From NCBI GenBank assembly GCA_965644495.1, contig CBFFSA010000009.1, positions 186,001 through 250,000 of the forward strand: a DNA stretch of 64,000 nucleotides, in the 5' to 3' direction. The notes below the pieces were generated by a model. It had not been told where the DNA came from. It searched no databases and saw only the letters and a list, made by a program, of their open reading frames with translations. The DNA is from Perkinsela sp. CCAP 1560/9. Taxonomy: Eukaryota; Protista; Euglenozoa: Kinetoplastea. Below, piece by piece: positions 11,830 to 22,909 of this stretch (within the stretch, counting starts at the first letter, position 1; each line of letters opens with the position of its first letter). The position numbers and the translations under genes were made by a program.

Positions 11830-12699
11830 TCAATGATTCTCCAGCTTTATCTGTGTATTATATACGGACAAACCAAACTGTTGCACACGGACAGGTAATT
11901 GTGATCTTGTTACATTGCTACACAAGTTAGCATTATTCGATAATTTCAAAGTCAGCAATGAGGATGGAAGCTTCGCTAAGTCCACATCACCAGAAAACTT
12001 ATTTTGCGACAAATCAAGTTGCAAAACCCTGGAAGGAAGTTGCCGAAGATCGAGCTCGCCGGACAACTGATTTCCAGAGAGGCGTACTTGCCAAATTTTA
12101 GGTGGAAGCAAAGTCAAATCAATAGACCCGGTAAGACGATTTTCGCTAAAGTTCACACTTTGCATACTAGCCGGCAGACTCGTCAAACATACAGTTCCAT
12201 TGAATCTGTTGCTATTCAAAGTTAAATCTTCGAAGCAGTAAGGAAGAGAAGTCAGGTCCAACTCGCCTTCAAATAGATTTTCGTACAGAGTTAGTGATCG
12301 CAGTTCCGAAGGCAAGCGCGTGAGAGGCACTGTCCCTTCCAGCGCGTTCTGACGCGCATCAAAATTGTTCAGACTATGTGGGAGATGAATAAAGTTCATA
12401 GTAACTGACAAATCTAGTTGACCCCATTTCACGCGACTGACTTCTTCCCGCTCGTTACAACTCACACCTTCCCACTCACATGCTGGCGTGTCAAGACTCC
12501 ACGATTCGTCCAAGTTGTTGACTTCCGCGAGGAGACGAACGAGTAGATACTCCTGAGGTAAATTCGCAGCGCTCACTTTGGCAATACGCGATCTCATATT
12601 CGCGTTATGTTCATAGGAATCGGTGTTCGAAGATACTGGAGTTTCTACTTTACGACGTTTAGTCGATGGTTCCTGAATATCCGAACATATTAGCCGCAT
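11830..12699 (-). CDS. Leucine-rich repeat protein, subfamily A
   Basis: CEWEGVSC cap, 7 LRRs. Confidence 0.92.
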   Translation of the reverse strand: MRLICSDIQEPSTKRRKVETPVSSNTDSYEHNANMRSRIAKVSAANLPQEYLLVRLLAEVNNLDESWSLDTPACEWEGVSCNEREEVSRVKWGQLDLSVTMNFIHLPHSLNNFDARQNALEGTVPLTRLPSELRSLTLYENLFEGELDLTSLPYCFEDLTLNSNRFNGTVCLTSLPASMQSVNFSENRLTGSIDLTLLPPKIWQVRLSGNQLSGELDLRQLPSRVLQLDLSQNKFSGDVDLAKLPSSLLTLKLSNNANLCSNVTRSQLPVRVQQFGLSVYNTQIKLENH

Positions 12700-12824
12700 G
12701 ATCGCGTGTAGCGTTAAGTGTAGCTTGTAAAGTGAGAATATAAATTATTATCTAAAAAAATATATTAAAAGTTTACGTACAGAATTTTAGGAAGGATGCA
12801 GTGATTAACGAGTTATATTTTTCG

Positions 12825-13575
12825 AGTTATGTGTCACTACGTTTCGTGGAAATGTGACAGATAACTACGGGGGTCTGTTACAAAAAAAATCAGAGCATGT
12901 ACTTAGTAATTACAGAAACGGCCCTATTTTTTTGTCATCCCCCGAGCCCATTAGCGCACGCCCCTGCGGTACCAGTTTTGTACCGCGGCGTGCGCTATCT
13001 GGGCGTTCCCCTTTTGGATGGTTACCATGATAAAGTGGCTGAGGCAGCCATTCTTCTCGCCGGTGGCCTTCCGAGCGACCAGATTTAGAAACTGGAGGGT
13101 CTCGGGGCCGGGGACACCGTACGTGGTGAGGGCCAATGGGAAGAAATACATCTCCCTGGCTCCCGCCATTTCCTCGTGAGTGCGCCTTTTGAGGCGCTCT
13201 GCCTGCCTCGCGGTGAAGGAGGGCTCAGCTGCCTCCTTGTCCACATAAGACGGTGCCAGTGGGTTTACCACCGTCACGTCCACTAGGACTAGATTCCGCC
13301 CCAAAAGGAAACAAATGTCCGGTCCTCGACCGTTATCGACTATTTACGTAATAGGGCTACGCGTGCCCGAGAGTAAAAAAGTGTATACAAAAGGTGCAGG
13401 ACCTTGTTTAGGAACAATAGAAAACTTCTCCTGAAAATTATTGTCCTATGAATTCTTGGGAGGATCTGGTGCCACGTCGACCGTTAAGCAACTGGACTGT
13501 TTTGCGAACTCCAGTGGCTCGTGTATCACGTGTAATTGGACCTTTTCCTTCCGGACAAGAATCTAATGTCTCTCT
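12825..13575 (+). mobile_element. Left end of pogo-like DNA transposon, interrupted by a CRE insertion
   Basis: Homologous to 27170-27670. Confidence 0.6.
12930..13339 (-). mobile_element. 5'-truncated CRE-clade retrotransposon (RLE domain, poly-A tail)
   Basis: GPDICF...VDVTVVNP...FFPLALTTYG; T-run at the left end; CTATTT at 12924 and 13340; empty site in paralog 27310-27330. Confidence 0.8.
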
Positions 13576-14267
13576 CTTTGCGTATTTTGGCTCTCAGAGC
13601 ACTAAATCTGATATTTGCGTGTGGGAAATGACTCATAGTGATGGAGCAAAGCCTACCAAACGTATTGGGTAGAGAATGCGACTCCAACCATACCATTCTT
13701 TCGACACAAAAATGCCCCTTTAGGCCCGAAAAATACTTTTTCACCTTTTTTAGTCAAAAATGGGTCAGTTGTAGGGGGGCACCACGGCTCGAACAATGGA
13801 TATCTTGCGATAACAACGGTGTAGAAAGCTAGTATAGGGCCCAAACTATAAAAATACAATAGGGCAAAGGATTTTGAAAGAATATTTTTTTTGCCATTTT
13901 TTTCACCAAGTTCAAATTTTTTTCAGTTTTTTTCCGAAAAAATCCGAACTTGGCGGACCCGTCCTGCGGATACGCGGGGGGGTCACCCCCGGGTAGGGGG
14001 GTGGAAAATGCGCACCAAGACCCCGGCTACCCTTTCTGCGGTTTTTTTTCGAAAACTAATGTTTTTAAAAAAAATTTGCTCGACCATGATCCCCCCTAGA
14101 CCCCCCATTTTTTTTCAATTTTGTTTTTCAATTTTGGCCCACCGGAGCCCCCTTTTATTTTTTTTTCTTCTATTATATTACTGTGTTTCTCTTTATATTT
14201 TCACTGTTTTTGTTCACTTTTTTTTCAATAATCGAAGGTAGAGCGGTAGTTATACAACCACCGCAAT
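13576..14267 (+). mobile_element. Helentron-like non-autonomous element (HINE-like)
   Basis: Ends in hairpin GCGGTAGTTATACAACCACCGC-AAT; reverse homolog at 31672-32392. Confidence 0.6.
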
Positions 14268-15160
14268 CATGCATTTATTTTACCGTGTTGGCCACGTGGT
14301 GTACAACTTCTATGTAATGATATAATTTGCGAGACGCAGCGTCCGTTTTGGCAAAGGACCTCATTAATACCTGAGTGGATTGCATGTCTTGCGCTTTGCG
14401 ACGGGTACGAAGGAAGCACGGGAAATACTCTTCCCAAAAAGAATGAGACGCGCTGGTGGTCAGGGTATGAGCACATTCGAGCTGCGCTCAAAACAAGCAA
14501 CTCTTCGAAAATAGCAACTACCTTCACAGTGGATGACCAGGAGAATATGATGAAAATATTTTATTTACCTATTGAACTTCGTGTACTCGGCAATTTGTGT
14601 GAAACATCCGACACGACCGGTCTTCAACGAGTGAATGGTTTCTTTACCCTTTTCAGTGGTATACTGCCACAGCAAGTCCACTGCCACAATCAAATCTTGT
14701 ACAGTATCTTCGGATGTGTTATCACAAGCAGCTACGGTCACCTATTTTTATACTCTGTGCGCTTTCTTCTTAAAATAAGTCTCTTAGTCAAATACACGGA
14801 CTTTTCTACGGACAAAGCTGTCCATCAGATGAAGTGTATTATCGTTGAAGCGATGTTAGTGTACTTCGGAAAAAAGAGTAGGGTGCAACGACATTTTGAA
14901 AAGAATGGAACACGAAAGATTCTTGAAGCCGAAATTGATCTCATGTTGGACGATCATGCAACGTCAAGTTGTGGAAGATTATTGGAAATGCACTGTTTCT
15001 CAAAAATATAAACACATTCGAGTTTTCCAACAAGCAACCAATTGTACCTAGTCCGAAACGAGAATTTGGGCACATGCTCCACATTGAGAACAAAATGTCC
15101 CATTCTATCCGATGAGCCCTTCCAAGGAATGGTTCGAAACTTCTTTAATGATCCTTAAAA
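14268..15160 (+). pseudogene. Degenerate hAT-family transposase
   Basis: PCWPRG (altered CxxH), NETRWWSGY, YWK...KY...ER-F-like dimerisation motif. Confidence 0.65.
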
Positions 15161-15560
15161 GAATCCTTATGGACCTCCACGTCGTCTTCCCAGGCACTGC
15201 TATCCCACTGATGGTACAGACGCCGAACTACCGAAGCATACAGTAACACAAAAAAGTGTTTAAATGTTTCTGGAACAAATTTCGTCCCAAACTTGACACA
15301 CCCTCAGCATGGGGAAGTATGGTAAGGGCTTTCACGCGGTCTTCCCGGGACACTGATAGTACATGTCCTACCGACACTCTTAATAAGAGTGCCTTACCGG
15401 TATTATTAATAATTCTTAGTAATTGTTACAGCAGCTTGCTATGGATTTTGGTGATATTCTTCATCTATGACAGTTTTGTAAAAAGCAGTTTGTAAGTTTT
15501 CAACAAAACCATATCCCACGTGACCCAGTGTTTCCCGATTACGGTTCATAAACCAACGGG

Positions 15561-16268
15561 TCAAACAATTCGGCACTCATCCATGTCAACGAAGACACAC
15601 TCTGGAATGAGAGGACTCGTGCATGAGAGGACGCTTGGTCCACCGTGCGCTTGATCAGCCAGAAGAGTGCTGTCTGTGAAAAAGGTCTGATCCAACACAA
15701 GACCGCTCGGAAGCGTTGTGAGGTCATACGTCCCGCGTAAATAGAAATTGTACTTCAAGGAAAGCGTCTTGAGACCCTGTGGGAGAGCGTCAAAGTGTAG
15801 GGCCTGTTTGAAACGGTTTAGAGCAAGTCCCATGTGTTGCATCGTGTGTGGTACGCAACTCAAGTCCAATGTCCCGGAAAATAGATTAGTAGTCAGGTAA
15901 AGACCGACCATTTGTTGAGGAAGACATTCTAATGGGAGAGAGCCGCTTAGTTCATCGTTTCTGTACAAACTCAGGGATAAGAGGGTTGCGGGCAATCGTT
16001 CCCATCGTAAAGTCTCACCCTTCACTTTGTTTTTCATCCCGATATGAGACCAATCAATGTTGGTGACGCGCTGATCCGCGTCGCATTGCACTCCATACCA
16101 TTGACATGCTGCTGTCGAGGTGGTGTTGAATTCCCATCCCATAGGGATGAGATACAAGGGTTCCAGAAATTGTGCAAGAAGATATTCGGGGGGAAGGCGG
16201 GGGTTGACGCGTCCAAGACGGCACGCGAATTCTTCCGAGCTCTTTACTTCGTGTAGGGAATCTGACAT
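15561..16268 (-). CDS. Leucine-rich repeat protein, subfamily B, C-terminal CaaX-like CRIV
   Basis: CQWYGVQC cap, 4 LRRs; near-identical paralog at 35617. Confidence 0.88.
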   Translation of the reverse strand: MSDSLHEVKSSEEFACRLGRVNPRLPPEYLLAQFLEPLYLIPMGWEFNTTSTAACQWYGVQCDADQRVTNIDWSHIGMKNKVKGETLRWERLPATLLSLSLYRNDELSGSLPLECLPQQMVGLYLTTNLFSGTLDLSCVPHTMQHMGLALNRFKQALHFDALPQGLKTLSLKYNFYLRGTYDLTTLPSGLVLDQTFFTDSTLLADQAHGGPSVLSCTSPLIPECVFVDMDECRIV

Positions 16269-16488
16269 ACGGATCGAATTGAGAAATAAAAGGGTATTGA
16301 GATAAGTGTAGATTAGTTTGTGGTTAGTGTAAATTAGTCCAGTAGTGGTGTGCAGGCAAAAGTAGTTGTGAATGAATGCTGAAAATACAGTACTGAAAAT
16401 AGTTCGAATAACTCCGAGTTACATTTAGAGACAGATAACATAATATTGAGGATAAATCATCATGCACTTATGATACGCTTATCTTATA

Positions 16489-16640
16489 TTCGTCCGTCCA
16501 TGTAAAGTAGAAGCCCAGCTCATCGGCATGGTAACTGATCTTCTGACTCGCCGGTACAGTCCTCAAGTCAGCGTCACTTTGTTCAAGGAGTATGGAATAA
16601 AGGTATCCCGAAAGGCGATTTTATAAAGCGAGACGAGAAT
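16489..16640 (+). pseudogene. IS30-like transposase fragment
   Basis: RPCKVEAQLIGMVTDLLTRRYSPQVSVTLFKEYGIKVSRKAI; homologous to 37221-37380. Confidence 0.65.
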
Positions 16641-16734
16641 ATGTAATATCATATTGTGTGCCGATCATATGTACTAGCAAAGAATCCTATTTGTACTGAT
16701 ACAGTATTCGCCCACCCTGTCCGATCTGTATCAG

Positions 16735-17346
16735 TCACTGTACCATTCCATTCCAACACACTATCTGCGTTCGTGCAAAATTGTACTCTGCTTTCCTTGG
16801 CATCACATTTTCCTCTAATATGCCAGTTAATTCCGGATTTTTCTGCAACATGAGCATCCGCAAATTTGGTGGCAGGGCGTGAAACTCCACTTCCCCGCTC
16901 AACAAATTGCAGTCCAATGCGATACAATCTAAACTTCGAGGCATACCCGCGAGGTCCACCTTTCCGGTAAAACCATTTTCGCTCAAATAAAAATGTTGCA
17001 AATGTAGGGGAAGCTGTGAAAATTCAACGTCTCCGTGTATTTCATTGGATTGCACGCCGAAATACACCAAACCGGGGGGTAACGCCCACGAGAGCGTGCC
17101 TTTTAGCTGTCGCCAATCCCACCGGATCCAGGTCACTTTTTGCGCCCCATCGCACTTGATCCCCTCCCAGGAACAGAGCGCAACGGAGGGGCGCCATGTG
17201 GGATGGCTCGGGGAGAGGTTGCGTACCACGCGCTCCATAAGGTATTCCTCGGGCAGACCCGCCCCGGAGAGTTTGCCTCCGAAATCGGCACGCTGGGGGG
17301 AGGGGGAAGACTCCGATGCGGCCCACCAGTTCGGCAAGAGGTTCAT
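16735..17346 (-). CDS. Leucine-rich repeat protein, subfamily C
   Basis: CSWEGIKC cap, 4 LRRs; paralog at 37920. Confidence 0.88.
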   Translation of the reverse strand: MNLLPNWWAASESSPSPQRADFGGKLSGAGLPEEYLMERVVRNLSPSHPTWRPSVALCSWEGIKCDGAQKVTWIRWDWRQLKGTLSWALPPGLVYFGVQSNEIHGDVEFSQLPLHLQHFYLSENGFTGKVDLAGMPRSLDCIALDCNLLSGEVEFHALPPNLRMLMLQKNPELTGILEENVMPRKAEYNFARTQIVCWNGMVQ

Positions 17347-17550
17347 GTGCAGGTTTTAGTGTACAAACGAAAAACAAGGGGAAACAAGCTCTTTCTTAGT
17401 GTGGCCAATGGCAAGAAAATGAAACCCTGCAGGGGGATAATTTTGTGTTACACACTCATCTGAGACGTATATTTTTTGTATAGTTTCCATACCTTGCTGC
17501 TTTATTTTTCTTACGTTTTACTGTATCTTAATGGCCTCACAAGCAACAAG

Positions 17551-17750
17551 NNNNNNNNNNNNNNNNNNNNNNNNNNNNNNNNNNNNNNNNNNNNNNNNNN
17601 NNNNNNNNNNNNNNNNNNNNNNNNNNNNNNNNNNNNNNNNNNNNNNNNNNNNNNNNNNNNNNNNNNNNNNNNNNNNNNNNNNNNNNNNNNNNNNNNNNNN
17701 NNNNNNNNNNNNNNNNNNNNNNNNNNNNNNNNNNNNNNNNNNNNNNNNNN
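17551..17750. other. Assembly gap (200 N)
   Basis: Run of N. Confidence 1.
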
Positions 17751-18464
17751 AAAACAGATCTACTGCATTGTAAACGAGAGTTAACATCTTGTGAACATCA
17801 AAATCTTGCGAACAGGTAAACAAGGCCAGTTTTACACCTGCCTGTGGGCGCACCCGCGCTGTTGCGGAGAGGACATCGGAAGTTACGGACATCTCGCTGA
17901 GATGAGGACAAGAGCACGCGACAAGGCCAACGAAGAGAAGTTGTGAACCACAAAGAGTGGATTATTGCGACTGGCATCCACAAGAACGTAGTTGAACTTG
18001 CAAACTCCGGACTGAAGAAAGGAGCTAAAGCGTCGAGGAGGTCGCCTCGGCAATGCAGCAGAGTCTGAGCCACCGCGTGACGCTTTTTCAAGCGGCGCTC
18101 TCAAACTCATTTACAAACGGCGCTCTCAGTGCCAATGGTGGTACTAGGCTTTCGCTGCGGGGGGCATCAATGCGTGGCTGCAAGAGGACGTAACAGCACA
18201 TTTGGTTGCTATTGGACACAGTGCAGTCAGTCAGTGAAACTCGTGGCAGTCTGTGAAATTCATGGCAGTTAGTGACAGTCAGAAAGGCCAGGTCAGGGAA
18301 GGAAAGGGGTGAAGATGAAGCTCTGTAGCTCAACACATGAAGGGGGTAGTACCACGCACGCTGTACTTGTAGCACAAAACATATTTTTTTAGAGAGCCAA
18401 AGGAGCAATAAAGAAGTTTCGCGCCGCTTCGCGGCGTGTTAATGTCGTAAAATATATTTCTTTT

Positions 18465-18582
18465 TTAGTCGCTTCCTTAAACGCGGTGGTTCTCTACTGT
18501 GTTCCTCTTTATATTTTCACTGTTTGTGTTCACTTTTTTTCAATCATCGAGTGTAGAGCGGTAGTTATACAACCACTGCAAT
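18465..18582 (+). mobile_element. Minimal HINE-like element
   Basis: Both family termini (TTAAACGCGGTGGTT and the 3' hairpin); CGCCGCTTCGCGGCG hairpin just upstream. Confidence 0.55.
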
Positions 18583-18630
18583 ATAAAAATTATACTGTCC
18601 ATTTCATAAATAATTATAATGATATAATAT

Positions 18631-19038
18631 ACCGGTGACACTTTTTAACGTAATTAAAATGTACGTTTTTCTAATTAACGTAGCATTAATTAACGTAATA
18701 ATTAATTTTGGTCAAAAAATGGCGAAAAATAATTAACCATTTCTTTTTTTAAATTTCTAGCAGATGCCTCAAGAATACGGCCCGTTGCCCGTGGAAACTA
18801 CACCCATAGGCGGTGGACTATTTCACTTTAGGTGGAACTTTGGATAAGTTCCCAAACTTTGTTCAAGCTTGTGGGCTTAAAAATAGTAAACCATTGTGAA
18901 ACTAATTTTTTTACTATCGCGCCACAACAACATTAATTAACGTAACTTTAATTAACGTAGCATTAATTAACGTAAACATTTTTTTCTCGTCAGACATTAC
19001 GTTAATTGATGTTATTCTTAATTAAAGTTTCACCGGTG
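18631..19038. mobile_element. MITE-like element with TTAATTAACGTA subterminal repeats
   Basis: Inverted ends ACCGGTGA(C/A)ACTTT. Confidence 0.55.
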
Positions 19039-19130
19039 GAACTTTTGGATTTATAATTATATTTATAATCATAATCATTAATAAAGATATTTATTATTAA
19101 TAAATAATAATATCTTGCACGATGTGTCCA

Positions 19131-19808
19131 TTAGTAGTATTTTGACTGAGAACCCACCACAACAAGATCAGGAATAGATTCCGGAATATCGAAATAATTG
19201 TCAGAAAGTCTGAGGACAATTAGTGCTTCAGGAAGTTTCGCAAGATCCAGTTTTCCGTGCAACCTATTGTTATGAAGGTCCAAATTTTGAAGTGATGCGG
19301 GGAGGCGTGTGAGGTCAATTTCTCCGACGAACTTATTTGAATTCAATGTAAGGTTCTTTAAGTCACATGGCAAAAGAGTCAGGTCCAGCGTTCCGTCACA
19401 TAAATTTAGATTTATAACGAAAATGCGCAACTGAGGTGGTAATAGGGAAAGTTTCACAGGCCCCGTCAAGCCTTGCCGGCAGGCTCGAAAGACACGCAAT
19501 GTGTTGGGGATAAATTCCCATAACACTTGCCCTTGTACGGACGGGTAGTCAGAAAACGCTGAATCAAGAAACGTGTTGCTCCACTCAAGAGAAACTACTT
19601 GCTTATCAGGGTTGCATTCAACGTACTTCCACTCACACGCGGGTGTTTCCTCACTCCATGTTAACTCCTTGTCCGTTAAATTACTCACAAATTGAGCCAA
19701 TGTGTACTCCTGTGGTAACACAGTGCCACGTACTTTGCTTGGCCGAGATGACCCATCAACTGCACTTAACCGAATTAGGACAAACATACCACAATATATC
19801 GGCGTCAT
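19131..19808 (-). CDS. Leucine-rich repeat protein
   Basis: CEWKYVEC cap, 5 LRRs; first ATG at 19808. Confidence 0.9.
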   Translation of the reverse strand: MTPIYCGMFVLIRLSAVDGSSRPSKVRGTVLPQEYTLAQFVSNLTDKELTWSEETPACEWKYVECNPDKQVVSLEWSNTFLDSAFSDYPSVQGQVLWEFIPNTLRVFRACRQGLTGPVKLSLLPPQLRIFVINLNLCDGTLDLTLLPCDLKNLTLNSNKFVGEIDLTRLPASLQNLDLHNNRLHGKLDLAKLPEALIVLRLSDNYFDIPESIPDLVVVGSQSKYY

Positions 19809-19937
19809 GTATGTGCTGGCGTAAATGATATGAGATGCTGTAGGAGATTCGTAGTAATACGTATTGACATACTCTGGATTCAATTTGTAGTGAGTTTACT
19901 ACAAACTGATACAAGCTGATACAAATTACATTATTAT

Positions 19938-20288
19938 TTAGGCTCTTCGTTAAACGCGAAAAAACGCGATTTTTTTTTTCTTTTTAGTCATCCCAAAAAT
20001 TTCGGAATTTTTGACCTTGTCGGACCCCTCCCGCGCGTACCGGGGGGGTACCCCTAGGTGGGGGGGGAAAGTCATCGCCGCGGCCTACTCTACCGCTTCC
20101 CTGCGCTCCATTTCGAAAATCAAGATTTTCCCTGGACCCCCCATTTTTTTCAATTTTGGACCACCGGGGCCCCCTCTTATATTTTTTTCTTCTATTATAT
20201 TACTGTGTTCCTCTTTATATTTTCAATGTTTTCGTTCACCTTTTTTCAATAATCGAGGGTAGAGCGGTAGTTATACAACCACCGCAAT
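19938..20288 (+). mobile_element. HINE-like element
   Basis: 5' TTAGGCTCTTCGTTAAACGCG and 3' hairpin terminus. Confidence 0.6.
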
Positions 20289-20520
20289 TTTCCCGGTACA
20301 TGTACATTTGCATGTACATGTAGGTTACGACCGAGATTCACCTAACGGCTTATATTTCGTATAAGTAAGATCAATCGCAACATCTTAAACAATGGCTGAC
20401 TCGCCACTTTCCCATGAGGTGGCCAGCTGGCTATTCTTTCAGGGCGTTCAATAAAGCTTCACCATGCATTACACTCTTTCGTGCATTTCTTCTATATCCT
20501 ACCCCGAGGGCATCGGCCAT

Positions 20521-21321
20521 TCAAATAAGCATGATATCCGGGGTCTGCGGAGGATCATACGAACTGAAACGGTTTGTCATCAACCGAAAAATCACAAGCA
20601 CACGTGGCAATTTCCTCCATCGCACAACTCCGGAAAGTTCATTGCAGCTGAGATCCAACCTGTGCAAGGTTTTCGGGAGCTTCGTTAAATCGATGGATCC
20701 GGAGAACGCATTCCCACGAAGGTGCAAAGAGCCCAGCGTGGGTGGGAGCGAGGTAAGCACTAAAGGGCCCGTAAAGCCGTTCTCAGAGGCCGAAACCGTT
20801 TTAAGGGTACGGGGAAGTCGAGTGAGGTCGAATTCTCCGGTTAATAAATTGTTTGTAATGGAAAACAATTCGAGTTTTTGAGGTAATGCCTCTAGTTCTA
20901 TAGGACCTGAAAAAAGGTTCTCGTTGAGCTTAAGTGTGGAGACACTCTCGGGAAGCGGATTCAGCCGTGTGGGAAGAGCACCAGAGAATTTACAGTGTTG
21001 TAACTCAAGACAAGTCAGAGCCCGTGGCAGTGAGCTCCATGGAATCGTTCCGATCAGCTCCGTCCCGTAAAGAATACAAGTGTTGACCGTGTCGAGGAGA
21101 AACTTCCAGCTCAGTTCGCCTTTTAGTCGTTGGTTCGTGAACTCAATATATTCGGGTCTTCCGTCTTCATCTAAATCTACGCCCTCCCATTCGGTTAATG
21201 AGACGGATTGTTTCCATGTAGAATGCGGATTCGTCACGTGCTTTAAGAAACAAAGAAGTTGCACATGAGGGGGCAACAAGGTGTTCTTTACCTTAGCTCC
21301 GCGTGAGACGTCCGCGCAAAC
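20521..21321 (-). pseudogene. Leucine-rich repeat ORF lacking an upstream ATG
   Basis: Intact LRR frame (about 7 repeats) with the VCAD-SRGAKV motif, but a stop at 21358-60 and no ATG until the last few codons. Confidence 0.7.
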
Positions 21322-21682
21322 AGTTTTCTGGAACTTTAAAAGGATAATCCTAAAACTCTAGGAATTGTAATTATCCCCTTTCTTATACTTCCGCCGTTAT
21401 CAGGACTTTTAGAAGAACACTTTTAGAAGGTCTTGAAGGGGCAACCTGAACTTTTGAAATTCTTTACGTATAAAGGGGGTTCACAAAACAGTACTAACAG
21501 TAATAATTTATTTACGGGAAATCAATATTTTCCATACGGGCATGTAGCTAGGGGACTATCGAGCTAAGGGACAAAACATAAAAATGTTTATGAATCACAT
21601 AATTTATGAATTATTTTCTAATACTTTATTTCATGAAAGGGACCTGAATTCATAAATTCATAGTGCGTATTAAATTATTATC

Positions 21683-22396
21683 TTAATCTAAGATCACAAG
21701 CTTGGTATTCGATACATCAATGTGATTCCTTAACCGCCGACGGAGTTTACTCGCGAATATTGTACCTTCGAGGAGCTCATTGTTTTCTAATGAAATGGCA
21801 TCTAGCTTCTCCGGTACTAGCGATAAATCTATAATCCCTTCGAATTTGTTTCCAGACAAGTACAATGATTCAAGAGTGCGTGGGAGTGCCCCCAAATCTA
21901 GTTTTCCCGTTAACAAGTTATCGCTAACGTCAATATATGCCAGATCGATGGGCAACTGTGTAAGGCATATATCACCAGACAATTCATTTCTTTCCATCCA
22001 CGCTGCAGTAGAAAGCTTCGGAAGTCTGGAAAGATCCGGATTGCCTGTAAATTTGTTCTCCCCTAGATAGAAAGCAGTAAAATTTACTAAAGGGAAAAGG
22101 TCACTTAGGACAAGTTCACCACGTATATAGTTGTGTTCAATGTCGAGCGTCTCAACGGATATTGGAATATACTCAAATTTCATGGATCCACTCAGGTTTT
22201 GACGGTTCCACTTTATGTCTGTAACTTTCTCCTCAGAGTTGCACTTGATGCCTTTCCATTTGCAAGCGGAAACATCTGAACTCCAGCTCTCATGATGAGT
22301 GTACAAACTGCTGGTGAGCCGCTCAAGATCCATTTCTTGTGGTACACTCACTGCACGAACTTTCGAAGGGCGCGTGGATGGAGCTTGGGAATCCAT
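21683..22396 (-). CDS. Leucine-rich repeat protein
   Basis: CKWKGIKC cap, 6 LRRs. Confidence 0.9.
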   Translation of the reverse strand: MDSQAPSTRPSKVRAVSVPQEMDLERLTSSLYTHHESWSSDVSACKWKGIKCNSEEKVTDIKWNRQNLSGSMKFEYIPISVETLDIEHNYIRGELVLSDLFPLVNFTAFYLGENKFTGNPDLSRLPKLSTAAWMERNELSGDICLTQLPIDLAYIDVSDNLLTGKLDLGALPRTLESLYLSGNKFEGIIDLSLVPEKLDAISLENNELLEGTIFASKLRRRLRNHIDVSNTKLVILD

Positions 22397-22909
22397 TACA
22401 CGTAAGTTAGATAAAATATTAAGGGTATTTAAAAAATACTATTATTTGTTTCCGGCAATGCCTGTCGACTATGTTGCAATGTCATTCTTACATGCATCAT
22501 TAGCGGACACCCGCCTTCCTCCACTCTTTCACCGCGGAGGATAGTATAGCGGCGTTGCCTTTTTGTACAGCCACATAAATGGCTTGTAGTGCATGACGCA
22601 GGAAACCTTTTCTGTCATACGTATATACCTTGCGATCTCCTTTTAGGAGGAGTACTATTTTTTTTACTTGTGCAGAGGCTCTTCAATTCTTTTGCGCATC
22701 AATTCAAAAAGAATTCTACCATTCATTACCGACAAAGCATTAATTAAAGGATAAATGAATAAAAATACCCCTAAAAACCCCTGGCCACCAATAAGGCACC
22801 CCGCCTTATTTTTTGCATTAGGGGTCATGGTAGGGTTATGATACCATATTTTCGTTTTGAGATCTTTAATTTATATTAATTTATCTGTTAATAAATAAAT
22901 TTAATACGC

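Noticed and set aside
17790-18408. Short ORFs and a possible SAP-like RKELKRRG peptide
   Set aside because: Multiple stops and no convincing domain
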